Positions 26,571 to 40,959 of a stretch of DNA of 64,000 bases are shown piece after piece. The notes beneath the pieces are model-generated. The model was not told where the DNA came from. It made no database searches and saw only the letters and a list, made by a program, of their open reading frames with translations. The DNA is from Phoronis australis (taxonomy: Eukaryota; Animalia; Phoronida), in assembly GCA_002633005.1 (NCBI GenBank), contig NMRA01000885.1:6185-70184 (forward strand), read 5' to 3'. A program made the translations under genes and the position numbers. Positions within the stretch are counted from its first letter, which is position 1, and each line of letters starts with the position of its first letter.

Positions 26571-28591
26571 TGAAGTGTCCGTTTTTGTCGTGATATAACA
26601 GCAACTCGGCTGAAAGGTCTTAAAAATGTCCTAAACACGGTTTACGGTTTTGTAGTTAATAAAACAAAGAAACAGGTTTTGCAAGTTTTGAGCGAAAAAC
26701 GAAGGTTTGTGGAAAGTACAGCATTTTCCGTGAAAAAATGTGATTTATTTCAAAATTGCAGTTACGTGCTAACGAACCCCTAAAACAGTGGTTTCAGGCA
26801 CAAGATATGATTCTCTCATTTCCAAGGCTTTTAAAAATATTTTGCTTGATGGGTTAACTGCTAATACTTATTTTAAAAATGTCTGGCAACGAAGGTTGAG
26901 AGTGACAACTGAGATTCTTTGTGTCACAGTGTACTCTTGCAGAAAAAATTTGGAATCACACGTAAAACTGTTGTGTTAGATAAATTGGTGTAACTGTTAA
27001 ACTTTGCCTTTTATTCATATTCCGTTATCCCCAATTCGTTCAGTTTTAAGGTAATTGTCGTTTTGGGATTATTGCTGGATGAGGATGGCTTAGCGAAGTT
27101 TTTAGGTTTGAGCAGAATTATGAAGCAATCATTTTTGTTTTTTTGTTTTTATTACAAATTGCCAATACTCACTGTTGTCCGCCAATAATTCACCGCAACC
27201 AGTTCAGGTGACTTTTTCACTTAAATACACTTAAAGTAGTGTCAATTTGTTAGTATGGGCTAGATCAACCAGTAAAGTTCTTATCTTCGATGTGAGAGTT
27301 ATGGTTTTGATTCCACGCAATTCAATGCTCGTTTCAATGAAAGATTTTCTCTCCAGTAGTGTCCCTTTCTAAATCAAACAGTCGTGTGTCAATTCTGACG
27401 TAATTTGAATGGGGCTTTTGCATTGGAAATGTTACCACCTGATCAAGAGTGCTCTCGAAAATAGAGACATTTTCCATGAATATTGCGAACGGACTACACA
27501 AACAGACCCTTGTCTTTGTGAAGAGCATGTGTATTTTCATTAACGTCACTGGAGATTTCAACTACGATAGTTTTAACCTTAAAAGGTTTAGATTTGCAAA
27601 ATGTGTTCTATTAAGTTTTTACCTGTAGCTACTTGTCTCCCAATCCTTATTATCAGACACATTGCATGTGTGGTTTTTTTATCTTTACAGGGAATTTATT
27701 TTGTTATTACTCATTGTTACCTCATGACAAGTGGCAATTTTCGCAAACCCCACTTTCCTTTTCATCTGCGGAAATTTAGCAGGGTCTATGTTCGTCACGG
27801 AAAATTACCATCCAACAAGCTAAAAATAATTTCATTTCAATTAACTACATGAAACTCATGAACATTAAATCTTTTACAGGGTCTAATTATCCAAACAAAC
27901 CTCCAAGAATAGATACCAACTTACTAAAACGGCTGGTATAACAAATTCCCAGCTGCACACCATCGTGTAAATAAATGAAAAATCCCTCGGTCCTGTTATG
28001 TCCCATTTTACAAAAGGCCCCGAATCTGAGTGGACATCCGGCTCCGTAGTTAGAATTTACATTTTGCTTCCATGCTATCTTGCGTTTGGTAAGAGATGAT
28101 GTAGCCCACATAAGATAGGGAGGGGGTTCATACATATAGTTACAGTAGACAACTGCATTTCCTTGACATTTTTCACCTGCGTCCAATAACTTGCCAGAAT
28201 CTCGAGTGGTGCAGTCCCACCGGATGGAGCACGCGTCTTCAGCCTTATTTGGCAGCTTGATTGGCCTGCAATCCACGACCATCGAAAATTCGACGCCTGT
28301 GCGTTTTTATATGTTGTCAGTTATGTGAATGTTAACATATCAGTTTGTTACTTCTTACGCAGAGGCATTTCTTAGCCTCATGTTCGCAATGTTGAAACAT
28401 TTATGCATGTGCGTAAAAACAGCAAAACGTGGAATGTTTTTGTTTTGGACACATATATTTTCTATTGAATTTTGATCACATGTTTTCTGTAAATATGTAA
28501 TTATGATTTCTGTACCTTTAAGTAACCTTTGAAAATGATGTGTAGTAATATTGAGAATAACTGCATGAGTAAACAGGTCACCAGAATTCGT

Positions 28592-31500
28592 TTAGTTACT
28601 AGATTTGAATCTGACAGGTCTTATCTTCATACTGGTTCTCTTCATAGAGTAGAGGCCTTTGTAATAGTACCAGATGACTCGTTCTCCTCCTGACTTGTGG
28701 TTACCGTGATGATACAGACCGTTCAGGTTGGAGTAATGACAAGCGTTGTACCACCACGCGCCTTTATAGTCAACAGCACAGTTTGCAAAATGGGCGTCGT
28801 TATCTCTGTCCTTGGTGGTGAAGGGTTGACCGTTTTGGTAGATTAAGGAATCACCTGGATTAGAAATATTAAGATGAATACATAATCGTGACAAGTTTTG
28901 TAGTCCTGTTGGTGATCATATTCTGTCATGAATGGGACATTATGGGAAAATTTTTGGCTGATCTGAATACCGGTGTGTCCTTTAGTGCCAATTTTAGTTT
29001 TTTACGTTGAACGTGTATCTTCGGAATTCCTTAACGGATTGTCATAAAACTTGGCAAATATGTATCCATTAGAGAGATAACGACATGTTCTCGCTTTCGA
29101 AAGGCGAATTTCGGATGTATCCAATTACCGATATGTCCCCTAGTGACAGTATTAGTTTTTCACGTTTATCTCTGTATCTTCGAAGTTCCTAAACGGATTT
29201 TCATGAAATATGGCACATAGGTGTCCATCAATGAGATGACGCTATTCTTGAGTTTTGGATAGATTCGAGGTATTTTGCGCCATCTACTTAACATTTTTTT
29301 TTCTGTTTTCAAGATTTTGTCGCCCACCCTCTATCGACCAAACCGGCCTGTGATTATGAAAATTGGCATGTATCATGTTCGTAGTGTAAAAAAACGGTTG
29401 ACGACGATTTTCCGACGGCCATTTTACTGTTTTCTAGTTTGTTTTAGGCATCTGCCCCTATATCGACGAAACAACTCTAAGGATGAAAATTAGCGTTGAT
29501 GTTTCTACTGTAAGAAGGATGCTTATGATGATTTTCGGACACTCGGACTACCGTGGTGCTTACTAGTGGCAGTGTTTTGCATATATAGCATCTGCTAAAC
29601 CCTCTGCAGGATCTTTATTAAATTTGGCAAGTGTATTTCTACGAAGTTGACACTAACAACGACAACATTTTGATGGAACCAACTACCGTGGTGCTCCCTA
29701 GTGGCAATTTTTGTTGTCAGCTGTGTCTTTGAAACTCATTGGCAGATTTTCAATAGATCTGTTTCTATTAGTAAGATGACGAAGACGCCCTCTCATTTTC
29801 GGATGGATTTGATGTATTTTGCACCACTCTGTTGCCATTTTAACAATTTTTGAGTACGTTTTTGACATCACCCTCTCAATCTACCAACCACTTGAAGAAT
29901 CATTTCTAAATTTGGAGATACTGTATGTTCCTAATAAGAACAAGTATGACATTGATTTTCGGACATGTTCAACTTATTTTCCCCTCCCCCGTCCACGGCT
30001 GTATCTCATTAGCCTTTGCAAAATGTCTTCCTGAAATTTAGCTGATTTGCTCCTAATGGAGATGGTAACTGATGACGGACAGTTTCAGACCAATCCAACT
30101 ACAGCTTTGCTCCCTACTGGAAATCTTATTTTTTACATTTGCCTCAGTCTGTAACTTCAGAGTTCCTTGATGCTTTGTCATGTACATGTAATTGGGCCAA
30201 ATTTTGTATCATGAAGACAACAGCATGTTTACTTTTGCTGATAGATTCGATATACATGTATTACGACACAAATAGAGCCATTTTTAATATTTTAGTCTGT
30301 TTTTGTCTCCTGCTTTTGTATCTGCCAAACCAAGCAGAGGATCGTTATGAAAATATTGGAAGATGTGTTCATTCTGACAAGAGCATGACTGACTTCAAAC
30401 TGGTCCAACTACTGACAGTGATGGCTTCTTTAGACACTTATTCGCATCAAAGTTTGTATCTCCTAAACCCTTGTAATATTTTTTTTTGAAATTTCGCAGT
30501 TGTATTTGCATTAGCTTGACAGCAGATGGATGGATTCAACTACTGCAGTGGTTGCAAACAGTAGCTTGTATTTATTACATTTGCCTTTGTATCTTTTGAG
30601 TTCTTTGACAGATTTCATAAAATTTGGCGAATGATTTGGAAAGACGGCGACACCTTCCCATATTTGGATGGTTTCAATATATTGTGAGCCATGTAACTGC
30701 CTTACTTGATACAAATAATCAACCCATCACTGTTTGTGGTGCATTCGTGGGCGCATTTCATTCGCCTTGCTCTATTAACCAGACAATTGTACATGTAAGG
30801 CTGATTTTGAAAATTGGCTTATATATTTTGACTGTGAAGTGGACAGATGACGATGGTGTTTGGACAGATCCAAGAACTGTGACACCTCCTAATATTTGCG
30901 TCCGTGCTTTATCTCATAAAGTCTCCGCACGATCTTTGTTAAAGTTGGCAAGGTGATAACAGATGATAACCCCTTTTGGATGGATCCGACTACTGCTGTG
31001 ACCTCTAGTGGCACTTTTATTTTTCCCATTTCTTCTTTATCTTTGGAATTCCTCGATGTATTTTCATTAAATTTGGCATATAAGTTTCTAAGCAACAATG
31101 ACACTCGTTTCCAGATGAATTACGCATGATGTACATCTTCTAGAGGCCATTCTTTTTTTTCGTTCATCTCTATATCGGCCAAACCATTCAAGAATGGTAT
31201 ATGCGTTCTTACTGGGAGGAGCATGGCTGGCAATGATTTTTGGACAATTTTGAATACTCTGTTTTTCCTTAACCTCTGCTAGATCTTTATAAAATTTGGC
31301 AAGTGCAAAATCTTCACCCATGCCGTAAAATGTCAGAAAATCATTTACACTTAAAACGATGGTCGTTTTTTCAAATATAATGATTACTTGGACTGTGAAT
31401 ATTAAAAATATAAGTAAACTGCGGGCGTCCTGGCGCTCAATGGCTTCAATGCTAGAGCTAAAATGACTGAACAAGATTTCGTTACTTTGGTAAAACAGAT

Positions 31501-34500
31501 TTTTGTAACCTTCGCTTACCTGCGTTGCCAGAATAGTTGCTGATAGCTAACTTATATTTTTCTCTCTCTGACCCAATAGAGAAATCTTCGTAGGCAGCGT
31601 ACACTGCATTATTGCTGAAGTCTTCTAATTCCACTCGTAACTTGTAGGCGTCTTGATGTGTTAACCGATTAATGTTGTCGTTGCCTGTAATATTTATTTA
31701 AACCCACTCATGTATAGGCAATTAACAATCACAAAGCTCCCTTTCGGGTGTTTGGGAATTTTCTTTCTTTCTAATTTCATTTTGAAATGTGTTTTTAAAC
31801 CATTCAAGGTTATGGTATTAGACTGAAGACTTATATGCATTTGAATCGTCCAGTGTAGGGATGAAAAAATCTTACCCAACCAAAACTCTCCATTAAGATA
31901 ACCAAATCCTGCCTTATAGTCGGACCATCCTCTATAGAAGTCAACGGACCCATCTTGACGTCTCTGGAATACCTGGTTGTATCAAGTAATTCATTGTTAA
32001 TATAACTTGCTTTAATAACCATCTTTAACGGCGGGTTATTCACACAGAAACAGGTACATGTAAATGATACAAGCATTTATATGAAGTTTCCATGTGTATG
32101 CATAGTGGTCAATCAAGTTTTTGGATGTTGTAAGTAGTTTTCATCTAGTAGATTTATCAGTTGATTATTTATAAAGGTTTGTTATAAAAAGAACACGTTA
32201 CTTTGTCCCATTCTCGGCATATTTACCGTCCAGCCTCCTCCGTTGGTCACCATGTCACAGTAAACATCCATGTTACTAAAGCCATCTTTCGGTTGAATAG
32301 CGTAAACACCACTTTGTCTAAAGCCATTGTTATACAAATCTGCACAATCTTTTCCTACAATCGGAGAAATGCGAAAACTTGTCTTCCATGTTCTTATCAA
32401 AGATTCCACCAACCATATTCCATCATTCATACATACACGCGCACACATACACGCGCACGAACGNCAATCACACATGAAGCAAAACCAATAGAAAGAGAAT
32501 GCAGTGGGAAAGGATCCTCAGAAAGGTATTGCAAAATTGCAACATTTAATTATTCAAGCTACATGTACATGTATGTTCCATTATATAAACATACACACAC
32601 GCCCACATCCGCACACGCACGCATGTAAACATACGTGAAACAAAACCAGCAGAAAAACAATGCAGTAGGAAAGAATCCTTCAGAATGGTATGACAAAATC
32701 TTTATAAGCAACATTTAGTCTTAATGCTATACACATGTAGTTATCCAAGAACCATTATTTGGATGACGTTATTAAATTTGGGAATTAAAGTAAGATTCTT
32801 GGTACAAACATAATATACATAATATTGACCAATAGTTTTAACAGTTGCTAAATCTCTTTGAAATTTGGCACCTGTTTGTTTTTCAATATTTTATTGTTTC
32901 CTCTAACAATGTTAAACTGTATCATAAAAATTAGTCATCTAATTTTCAGCCGAATATATTCATTTAATGTATTTCAGACAGCATGAAATGTAATATAGCT
33001 GATTGTATGTTACGCTGTGACTCATGCCTTGAATAATGATCAAGATTGCGGTATTTTTGAGAAAAGTGTTTAGCAATTTTTGTTCATTATTTCCAGATAT
33101 CAAGCCAGAAAATTTACAGATTAGCTGAAGAACACACTGAAGTTGTGTCACATTGGTAAGCTGAACATAATTGTTCAGAACAGAGACAAGCTGTATTTGT
33201 AGTATATTAAAGGGAAAACTATGCAAAAATTATTGACTTTGGTTATGGCGACTACAGTTGCAAAAGTATTTAAACAAATAATATTGAAAATTGTGAAGAA
33301 ATGGTAAAAGAAGGAAGATATAATGTGACATGCATGTTTTTGGTTTACAGCAGCCTCATGTTTCGGAATGAGGTCATAAAAATGTAGTTAAAGGAAATCA
33401 TTGGCCAAAAGAGAGTAAAGCTTCTCAAAGTCTGACGATTTTGGTTAGAAGACATTTATTTTTACAATGTTAAGTTTGTTGCAGGCACGCGTCCTCCATG
33501 GATAGTACCTGAGTGATCATGTTTTTAATTTCTAGTTCAGTGTTTTATTTGTGACTCACGTTACTGTGCACTTTGTCCACGGAGCTGCTGCTGGAGTGGG
33601 TAATGTTGATGTAAGGTTGACAGTCTATTACTTTAATGATTATTGTACGTGATCAAGTTAGGAATGAAAGATAATTGCTTGACTTTGTTTATAAGTGCAG
33701 AGGTGGAACTGCATGAGGGGTTCAGGGGGTTCAACCCCCCCCCCCTCGGGACAGGATCAAAAATTAAAATTTAAAAAAATGTCGCCAGGAAAACAAACTC
33801 ACTTACTAAAACCAAAAAAAATCTTACACGGAGGACTCCCCTCCCACTGCGCCCCTCAGATTCGCGCAAATCTCCCTTACTGAAAACTTACATCTGCGAC
33901 TGAAGTTTAATGTATTCGATGCTCCGTGTATGTGGCCAAATGTACACTGTAACAGTTAGAATTTAATTGTTTTATTCCACCGGTTACCAGTGACAAACGA
34001 TGACGTATTCTTGCCAGTCAGAAAATTCTCGTTTAGGAAAAAAAATTGATTGAGACAGTGGAAAATCAATTTCATTTTTTTTCAGATCAAAAGTTATGTC
34101 AAGTTTTCGAAATAACATTTCAATTTTGATTCTCAAAAATTGGCAAATTTACTAAATGCTACATATAAATACAGAGTTTTGTGTTTTTGCCAATTTGGTT
34201 TCCCAAAATCAGGAGACTCCTTTTTGAAGGATGAATATCTGAGATAGAAAGTTATTAAATCCAGAATGAAATGTTGTGAAAATATAATATTAAATGAAAT
34301 TCTATTGATTTTTTGGTCTTTTTCATTTCATTCCAACATTAGTAACAGATACACTTTCTTGCATACAGCTTGAAGTTCTTAGAAGTACGTTCGAAATCTG
34401 TGTACTGTAACCGTGAATTAAATGTAAAACATGGTGAATTCCCTCTAATTCCCTAGTTCTTCAACTGCCATCTGTATTGGTTTCGTAGTTAGTTGTGTAG

Positions 34501-37500
34501 TTCGCTACATTTTTGCAGAAGCAAAACTAGTGTTATTTATAAGTGCGAGATTGTACCCCCGCAGTATCTGTTACAAGATAATTTGTTGACAATCTAAAAT
34601 GACCTTAGCAAAAATGCTGTTGATAACGGAATAGAAATACTTTTTTACCTTATTTACGTGTAAAACTTACTTTCCAAGCAACCATTCTGTGTCCCAGTTT
34701 GTCAGTTTTTTTCATTTTGAGCGCTATCCTGTCGCTCAACTTGGATTTTAAGGCTTTATTAATAATAACGGGCTACCAGCGAGATTGCCGCCTAAAGGCT
34801 ATATGTGAAATAAAACGTCACGTGACCACATAGGTGCAGACGAAAAATCTTTTTGTCACTAATGAAAAATGGCGGAGACTACTGGAATCCGCCAATTCAA
34901 TTATATAGTTAACAAACCATTACACATAATTCCAAAGTTCCTCAAGCAGGGAGGTAAGGTGGCCGAGCAGGGAACAAGGTGAAAATCAATCACTTCATGT
35001 GGCAGTGGCCTGTTGAAAGTCTCAGCGCAATGCATCGACATTTTTATCAAAAACTTTGTCACAAAATTCAAACATGACTTTTGTTCTGTTGTAACCATTG
35101 GTAACCTTCCTGAGCGGACTGAAAAATGGTGATCAGATAGTTGAAAATTCTCGCTTTGATTTTTTCTATTGAACTTTTAGCCTCAGCATTAGACGTTAAT
35201 CGTCGGCAGTCACCGAAAACTTTGGTATGAATTCATTTGTGCTAAAAACAAGCTAATCATACTTTGTTGGAGAAGTTTTTTGTAAAAAAATTATCAGCAT
35301 ATTCAACATGACGAGATAGCCAACCCCCTTTTTCATCGCTAAGGTCACAGTTTGTGTGTATAGTAAAGTAACGAAAAGACGTAATACACCGTCCAGTCTT
35401 CAACCTGTTAACAACGATAAGACCATCGACACATTTGGTTGAGATATCCATTGTTCTATTTTAATGTTAAGCAGATACGCACCTTGCAAATGGACTCTGC
35501 GTTAAGCACTACGCCTATAAGATTAACTACATGTTGTGGGTCATCGTGTATCTCATGACTCGTGAAAGCGCGTCGTGTCGATACTACCAATCAGAAAGAC
35601 TTAATGAAAATTATTCAGGGCATACAGGAACCGAAGCTGAAAATAAGTGGCCGTCAGACTGTATAACTGAACAGATGCTGAACGCTCAATTTGCCCGTTC
35701 TTTACACAAGAAGTATCCAAAATTATCATTGGTCATATTGACAAAATACCATAACTCCACGCATACAAGCAGTGACAACTTTATAAAAAAAAAACAATGA
35801 AAAAATAACGGGTTTGTCTCTAAACCGCAAAAACCTGACGTGCCGAGCTGTGCTTTAGAAGACTTATTGATGATTAACAGTGTATTCAATATACAGAAGT
35901 AATATTCACCATTAAAATGGCCACACTTTTAAACACTAATTTTTAGCTTTCACCCGCAACCAAGGCCCCGCCTTCCATCATATTATTGGGTCCTAGAAAC
36001 GGCAAACTTGTTATTTGACAGATGCCGCAGATGAATAACGATCAGTCTCAATTTTTGTTAAGTGAACAGAGAAGCTGTTGACTAGTATGGGGTCATCTGT
36101 GAACGTAGGGCCCCAAGTGTCTACTTAATTGCCTGAATGCCACTGAAGGAATGTTGAGTTGCTCATTCACTTACCTTTCGTCTTTGTCTCATTCATCAAC
36201 ATAGCGTAGGTCAAATTCAAATAACCTGTAATATTCAACAAGCTATTATATCAATCTTAAATCAATAACAAACTACATTTGGCATCGTATGTGAGAGCTC
36301 ACAAGTGAATTAATTGCTGTAATCTCAAATTTTATTAGATGGTATGATGATCTGCGTAGGTTTTTCATCAATTAACCTTTCGCACGATTAGCTTTTTGCA
36401 CCGCAGTGTTAATCTGCCAACCAAAATGTACCTGAACTCAAATCCCCCCGGGCTCCTTTGGAAAATACAAAAGTTCTGAAAATAGTGCTCACCACTACTG
36501 ACCACCATGAGCTGACCACATACTTGTGGTGCTTATGAGAACGTTGTGACACCTGAAGATGGGTGGAGCAATGGTCGACCAAAACTCGGCAAATTGAATG
36601 TAAAGAGGCGAGAAGTTGGTGTAGGCCAATAGATTTTAAAAAGAATGACCCAACTTATTTAGTCTTTCTACTGCTCAACAAGAGTGCTGATTTTTGTTTT
36701 TGAAGGGTTTGTATTCTACAAACTGTAAGTGCTCAAATTCTTATAACACATTGTTAGCAACTGTACCATCCAAACCATTCTAACAACAAAATAAAACGTT
36801 TCTTAATTTTAATGAAATTTCAATCGTCTGCCAAATTGTGTATTGAAAGAAACAATTCACACTGTAATTTGATAGAACGATTTAAAGAAACAATTTACAT
36901 TTTTAAATTCCTATTTTCTTTGTGGTGAACACTGTGCACTTCATTGTGCGACTGGCATATAAAAAGTTACTTTTGGCAGTAAAAATTCTTCAAAGTCATT
37001 TTATCAAAGTGAATGAGAGCATCAAAACACACCAGAATGATGAGAAAATACATCCAAGCATTGAAATAGTTTTATAATTCAAATTTCATGAAGTGTTCTT
37101 ACTTTCGAGATCACTAAGCTCCGTTTTTAATATAACCTGCTGCATTTGTAGACCTTGTTGTTGGAACTTGAGGAAATCACCAGTTTCCTTTGCTTGTTGT
37201 GTGTGGTCACTAAAATCCTGCTCAAGACTGTTGTGGGCTACGTCTAGGTTGTTCAAGTCTGTATTCAACTGCTTGTAAACGCGAGACAAATATTTCAGGT
37301 GTGTAGAAGTCTTGTGGTCTTGGGCTGTCCTCTCTTCTGATAACCTGTTGAGAAATGTTTCTTGCTGTTTTATCAGAAGGCTTTGGTTTTGCTGCTTTCT
37401 TGAAAATGTGTTGATTCTTTGTTGCATTACACTGGTTCTGTTGTTAATGTTTTCCATGCAGTCTGCTTTGTATTCGTCTACTTTCATATTGCATGCTTTA

Positions 37501-38162
37501 ATCAATCGAGTTTGGTCGGTCATTGCCTTCAAAACAAGAATCTGTTTGTCGCGTATCTTTGTTTGTGAAACTCTGAAGGCATCTTGCTCACTTGTCTGGT
37601 TCCAGCTGACCTCCTTCTGCTCAGCCAGCTGTTGGGCAATATCGACTTGGGCACTCGTCAGTGATGTAAGCGCAGCCTCACACTTATTCAGCAGTTTCTC
37701 TTGTTCAGCCACTTGCTTCTGTAGGTCGTTCAGCTCAGATGCCTGATCACGTGAATGAGTCATCATCAGATTTTGACGAGCCTCGAGCAATGACTGTTTT
37801 GTCATCAGGTTTTGCTGTGATTTCACCACATGGACCCTGTGAGACAGAGAGGCAAGACCAGTCCCGTATCTCTGTTGTCTCAATTTTAAATTTTCTATTT
37901 CCTTTTCAAGGTTTATGGTCTTTGCTTCGTCTAACATTCTTAGCCATGGTAGTTCGATATCATTTGAAGGCCTGTCAACGATATTTTTAGAAGTCGACTG
38001 CTGCGTATTAGTGAAGACTGAATTCAGCACCTTCTTTAGCAAGTCCAGCTCAGTTTTGATGGCGTCCCTCTGATTACGACACTCTGAAGCTGTCAATGGC
38101 TCTTCTCCTGCTAGTACATAATGCAAAAACAGTATTGCAGTGAGACACTGCATGCAAGCCAT
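28592..38162 (-). CDS. Gene A: secreted coiled-coil + fibrinogen-related domain protein (587 aa). Exons 38162-37103, 36225-36175, 32354-32227, 31972-31876, 31684-31520, 28854-28592
   Basis: All junctions are GT-AG and phase-consistent: 1060+51+128+97+165+263 = 1764 nt, open. Signal-peptide-like [19 protein letters not shown] and a Q/L/E/K-rich heptad region. FReD motifs [54 protein letters not shown]. Confidence 0.85.
28930..31330. repeat. Diverged tandem-array repeat element in the last intron of gene A; same family at 52590-54200
   Basis: Recurrent CCCTAGTGGC, AAATTTGGCA and CGGATGGATTCGA motifs in both places. Confidence 0.75.
33566..33628 (+). pseudogene. Internally deleted remnant of the CDKL5-like activation-loop exon
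   Basis: GTGCACTTTG|TCCACGGAGCTGCTGCTGGAGTGGGTAATGTTGATG matches 54381-54390 joined to 54465-54500. The upstream flank at ~33400 matches ~52500. Confidence 0.8.
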
Positions 38163-40959
38163 TCTGCTTCTACAGTGTTCAACAAATTTAAAAAAATAAG
38201 AACGTGAGGCAGCTTTTATTCTTCCTGCAGCTTGGGTAGATATGGAAGCTAACGCTTATCCTGGTGTACATCTGGTTAGACGTAACTTCCCCATTGTTTT
38301 GAACAAAGCAGTTAACCATTACGGCTGTATGCAGGGATTTTTAATGAAGGTCGCGTACCCGGTAGTCTTACGACCTACCATTGTTAAGTTGGAAATTTGT
38401 CAACATGAAAATTGTTCAGTATTTAATAAAGATTTTAACTATATCTTCATCGTAGCAATAATTCATATAGTTACCTATGAAGATTCAAAGTGACAACCCT
38501 TTGATTTTTCAATTTTGACACACGACAACATTGCAACAAACATTCAAAATGCAATTTCTAAAGGTAATTCTTGAGATTCTGGAGTCAATAATGAAAATTT
38601 TTTGCGACTATCACAAAACCAACAGGAAAATATGTATGTACAATATTTACAAACAAATAAGAATATAAATCAAGAGTTTTTACTCACAATGTACCAGCAA
38701 CTCAAGTCCTTACACAACTTGTCCATGTCTCTGTTTATTCTAAATTATCGTTGTTCATAGTCGTGAAATCTTCATCTGTGAAAAAGCCAAAAAAATATCA
38801 AGTTCCATGTATTTTCGTTTGTTTGAAAGCCTCAGTATTGTATCAAGCCTAGGTAAGCTAGCAAAGGTTTTGACTTAAGTGCTGCCAACAATTTGCGTCT
38901 CACACATTAAGTAACTCGCACACTGATCTGACAATATTTTAGACTTTCAGAAGTTATTTACATTTGATGCTAAAGGTAACAAATGTTACAACAGATGAGG
39001 ATTATCAAAAACATGCAGTTGTAATTAATTTATGGCCTGCTTCACGACAAAATTTGTAATACATTTAAAATACATATCAGCAAATGACTTTAAACAACAA
39101 ACTAGCATCACGTGACAATGGTAGCGAAAACTTCAGATGAAATTGAAGACATCTTTAAAGACATAAAAGTTGTAACCATACCAAAAAAGAATCATCCGTC
39201 CTGAAATATCCAAGAGAGCACCTCAGTCCAAATGGTCCATTGGGTGCCATCTGTATTACTATCTGGCAAGGAGATTGACGTTTCGTCCAGGCTATTGGGT
39301 TGTCTCTCACTTGTACCATAATCTTCATTCTGTGTTTTTGAACTCTTTCTTAGTCTTCAAGTTAAGAGTCTGGCAAACCAGCCATGGGAAACATAACTCC
39401 ATTTTTGTCTGGCCCTTTGTCTGGCACGGTAACTTTAATTCGCTGTTCGGCCTCTGCATTTTCGCCACAGTTGAGGCCATTACAAACTACTCCAATAAAG
39501 AAAACTAAACGATACTGGTTGAATAAGCTGATTAAAAATCACGAGACTTGTTTAACAGAAAATTACGTATCATTCCCACCTATTCTTATTACATTGAAGA
39601 AAGTCATGGTGAAGCATAAAACGTCCAAGCCCATGCTGGTTGTCATATTTAATGTCAACACATTAGGGAATAGGAGAATATATAGAACTCGAGAAAGAAA
39701 CATCGGCTAACTTAGTTTTAACAAATTTCTTGAATTCTTCATTGCCTTCTGCTGCCATAAACAGATGTGACGTACATCTACATGTGACTTATGGAGCCTT
39801 AATTTTGATACCATGAACAATTTTCCGATTTCTTGGAAACGAATAATTCCCTTAAATGCATTATTGTCACATATAATTATGTTCACCCGTCGTAGCGTAT
39901 TCTTAATACGGTAATGGATTCAATGACTTGGTCTATGTTATGGCCCTGTGGTTAGTGGACTTTGAAGAGCTTTCCCCTATTCAATATTGGCATTTTAGTT
40001 TTGTATTTTATATAAAGGTTATGGTAAATTTTACTTTTCTTTAAGCATTTAGGTAATGAATTATTCATGTCGTCAACAGCATTTTGCAATTTTTTAGCAT
40101 TTGTATTGATGTACTAATCTTTTATAAACAGAAAACTAATTTTTGAGCAATTATTTTTGTAAAACATAGAGAATTTCTGCAAAATGTCACATTGTGAATA
40201 GTGTATGGGACCTTTGCCGTCAGAGTAGATTGACATTTTTACTGCAATCCGCGGTTTACTCAGGCCTCAAGTCAATTTGTTCTTTCAAAGCCGTAGTGGT
40301 AATATTGTACATACATGTATACCCAGCATCCCCTTTGTCCAATCGCATGTTGTTACTTTTGCTCCTCTGCTGATTATACGAAAATGGCTTGACAGATAAT
40401 GGATGCACCGACAAAATTCGCTTTACAGACAGATTCGACCACCGTAGCACGGCCACATCAGTTTACAGCAAGACTCCTTGGACTGTGGATTGTTGTCAAA
40501 ACAAACTTGACACAAGGGTTTATTGTTAGATGTGCTGGCACCAGTCAATTTAAGAATGACATTAACTCCTTAAGCACCAACTGATAGCCAATGAATCAAC
40601 AAAAGTATTTCTTGGTTGTTTCTAACACATCGGCTTGATAGGTTTTGGTGTAATTTGATGTAAGGGGTCAAATACGACTGGCAATACGTTCTTAGATGGT
40701 GTTGTTGCAAAACATGCAGTCATAACGTTATTAAATTGTTATCTCTGTGGCTTGTTTTAAGTTGACATCAAATGCACGAGGTATTGACGTGTTTGATGAT
40801 GGGACATGTCATAGTTGTTAAGTTTATTTGCTTCCAGTTTCTTGTCTTGAAATGTCCTCAAACTTTGGAAAACCCTTATCAAGAGGTAATGCGTGGAGTG
40901 ATGTTGAACCGTATGAATGTACATGTAAGTGGCATTGTAATGAAATGCTAGGTCGTAAT

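Noticed and set aside
38688-38775. Candidate 5' UTR exon of gene A (an acceptor lies just upstream of the ATG, at 38170)
   Set aside because: Supported only by splice-like dinucleotides and cannot be confirmed without transcripts.
40300-40500. EGF-like remnant (VCKANFVGASIICQ)
   Set aside because: Too short and frame-broken to support, although it could belong to the decayed LRR gene.
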